A stretch of DNA of 63,867 nt, the filler included, from Lenisia limosa (Eukaryota; Protista; Breviatea): NCBI GenBank assembly GCA_001655205.1. It is 12 parts of 12 records of this genome, joined end to end, with 100 filler letters (N's around TTAATTAATTAA, not from the genome) between each part and the next. Parts side by side here need not be neighbours in the genome. Positions count along the whole stretch, not along the records: positions 61,970 to 63,867 come from LPNZ01010812.1; 11 more parts are not named here. One strand, 5' to 3'. The notes beneath the pieces were generated by a model. It saw only the letters and a program-made list of their open reading frames with translations, had not been told where the DNA came from and did no database searches. Every line of letters starts with the position of its first letter. Position 1 is the first letter of the stretch. The position numbers and the translations under genes are program-made. Positions 62,577-63,867 of the stretch are shown piece by piece.

Positions 62577-63251
62577 ATTGTGGGGAAATTTGCAGCTGCG
62601 CTTCTCTTCACTTTGTTTTTTTAGTGCAAGATAAGATGTTAAATAAGGGATAAATCCATATGAATAATTCATAAAAATACAAAATAAAAACAATTTACTC
62701 CCTCCCCTCAATTGGGATTGGGCTTTGTGTTGTTGTTTTCAACCCTCAAATATCTAGCAGAGTTGATTCAGGTTTTTTTTGTTTCATAACCCCCCCCCCC
62801 CCATATNNNNNNNNNNNNNNNNNNNNNNNNNNNNNNNNNNNNNNNNNNNNNNNNNNNNNNNNNNNNNNNNNNNNNNNNNNNNNNNNNNNNNNNNNNNNNN
62901 NNNNNNNNNNNNNNNNNNNNNNNNNNNNNNNNNNNNNNNNNNNNNNNNNNNNNNNNNNNNNNNNNNNNNNNNNNNNNNNNNNNNNNNNNNNNNNNNNNNN
63001 NNNNNNNNNNNNNNNNNNNNNNNNNNNNNNNNNNNNNNNNNNNNNNNNNNNNNNNNNNNNATTTCTAATAATAATACCCGGGGCTTCGCTTTAGCCCTCA
63101 AAAAAGACCGAATTTCTCGATGAATCCATTCAATAGATGTTTTTCCGGTCTTTCTCGGACCGTAGGGAAGCCCTCTAATATAAGCCCCTCCCCTTACGTT
63201 TTTAGTTTTATTGATTAATTCCACAACTACTTTTGATTTTGTGGTATAAAA

Positions 63252-63329
63252 CAGTGACCAGGATAAGTCTTGACCAATTTACTATGTAATTTCCCAAGGA
63301 TAATCGGTCAAGACTTATCCCGATCACTG
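63252..63329. mobile_element. MITE-B copy
   Basis: 78 bp, CAGTG...CACTG, with TA on the right. Partial copies also at ~33550-33640, 41620-41670 and 42996-43053. Confidence 0.88.
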
Positions 63330-63867
63330 TATATATCCAACTACTTTTGATTTTGTGGTAGTATACTGATTTTGGGGTTGCGAGCCTTTGACAACTCAGG
63401 TTTTGGCACCAATTGCGTTGACCGAAGACACCTTGATTGAAACAGAGGTGGGGGGGAGGGGGTTATGCTTTGGGGTTTCCTACGATCCCAAAAAAAGACT
63501 GAATTTCCCATTAATTCGTCGATGAATACTATTAACCCAGTCTTTTTGGGATGTAGACATCGCAAGAAAAAAAATAGTAGGACAGCATGCAAGAGAAAAT
63601 ACCCCATAAGATATCTCTCGACTTGTCGGTTCATATGTAAAGTCAACTGCTCAATGAGGAAGCACCCTTAGGGTGCGCTCTCCCACTGCTTAGCTGCTTC
63701 ACTTCACTCTGGCTGAAAAATTCAGCTAGGTAGCGCTGACAACACAATTGCTGTTCACAGAATGAAAATGAAAATGAATACAACTTGTTGTAGACTGATC
63801 ATCGGTTCGTTGATTGTTGTGTTGTTTATTCCAACAACAATTTCACAGTTATAAAAGAATCAGCCCC

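Larger units (their letters stand above)
1031..63560. mobile_element. Further partial or degenerate MITE-A copies, dispersed (approximate starts 1031, 1152, 1501, 2430, 6131, 6484, 7168, 7448, 8273, 9579, 20995, 25957, 26097, 35639, 39575, 39912, 41033, 46949, 51871, 63095, 63472)
   Basis: Each shares TIR and/or internal GACTGAATTTCTCGATAAATCCTCGAAAACTATCGATATTTT segments. The coordinate range is the span of the family, not one element. Confidence 0.75.

Noticed and set aside
62070-62711. 213-aa hydrophobic minus-strand ORF
   Set aside because: It is the antisense reading of the acidic GAA/GAG-rich plus-strand exon.
1031-63560. MITE-A palindromes as bacterial REP elements, terminators, or TA-TSD Stowaway MITEs
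   Set aside because: 8-bp TSDs lie outside the TA, so the TA belongs to the element termini; the context is spliceosomal introns.

Overview
Eukaryotic, very intron-dense protist DNA read in the standard genetic code, not a prokaryotic window. It is an artificial concatenation of 12 scaffolds joined by 11 identical 100-nt linkers (44 N + TTAATTAATTAA + 44 N), so gene neighbourhood is only meaningful within a scaffold. Recognisable spliced genes are a class III nucleotide cyclase, AP-2 mu, ISN1, MIOS (GATOR2), a C2H2 zinc-finger protein, a classical tyrosine phosphatase, KIF9 head-to-head with CFAP298, a bubblegum-type acyl-CoA synthetase and a CARMIL-like LRR protein. About 9 further gene fragments could not be identified. 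The most unusual content is in the introns: (1) donors followed by G-runs and acceptors preceded by C-runs; (2) a 130-150-bp repeat seen only in the sense orientation, usually running into the 3' splice site; (3) a motif that forms an acceptor in one orientation and sits just behind a donor in the other; (4) about 30 copies of a ~100-bp hAT-type MITE (TAGGG...CCCTA, 8-bp TSD) whose ends can form this organism's splice sites, i.e. an introner-capable element; (5) many 9-44-bp tandem duplications that copy splice junctions. All exon structures were inferred by eye; no database searches were run.
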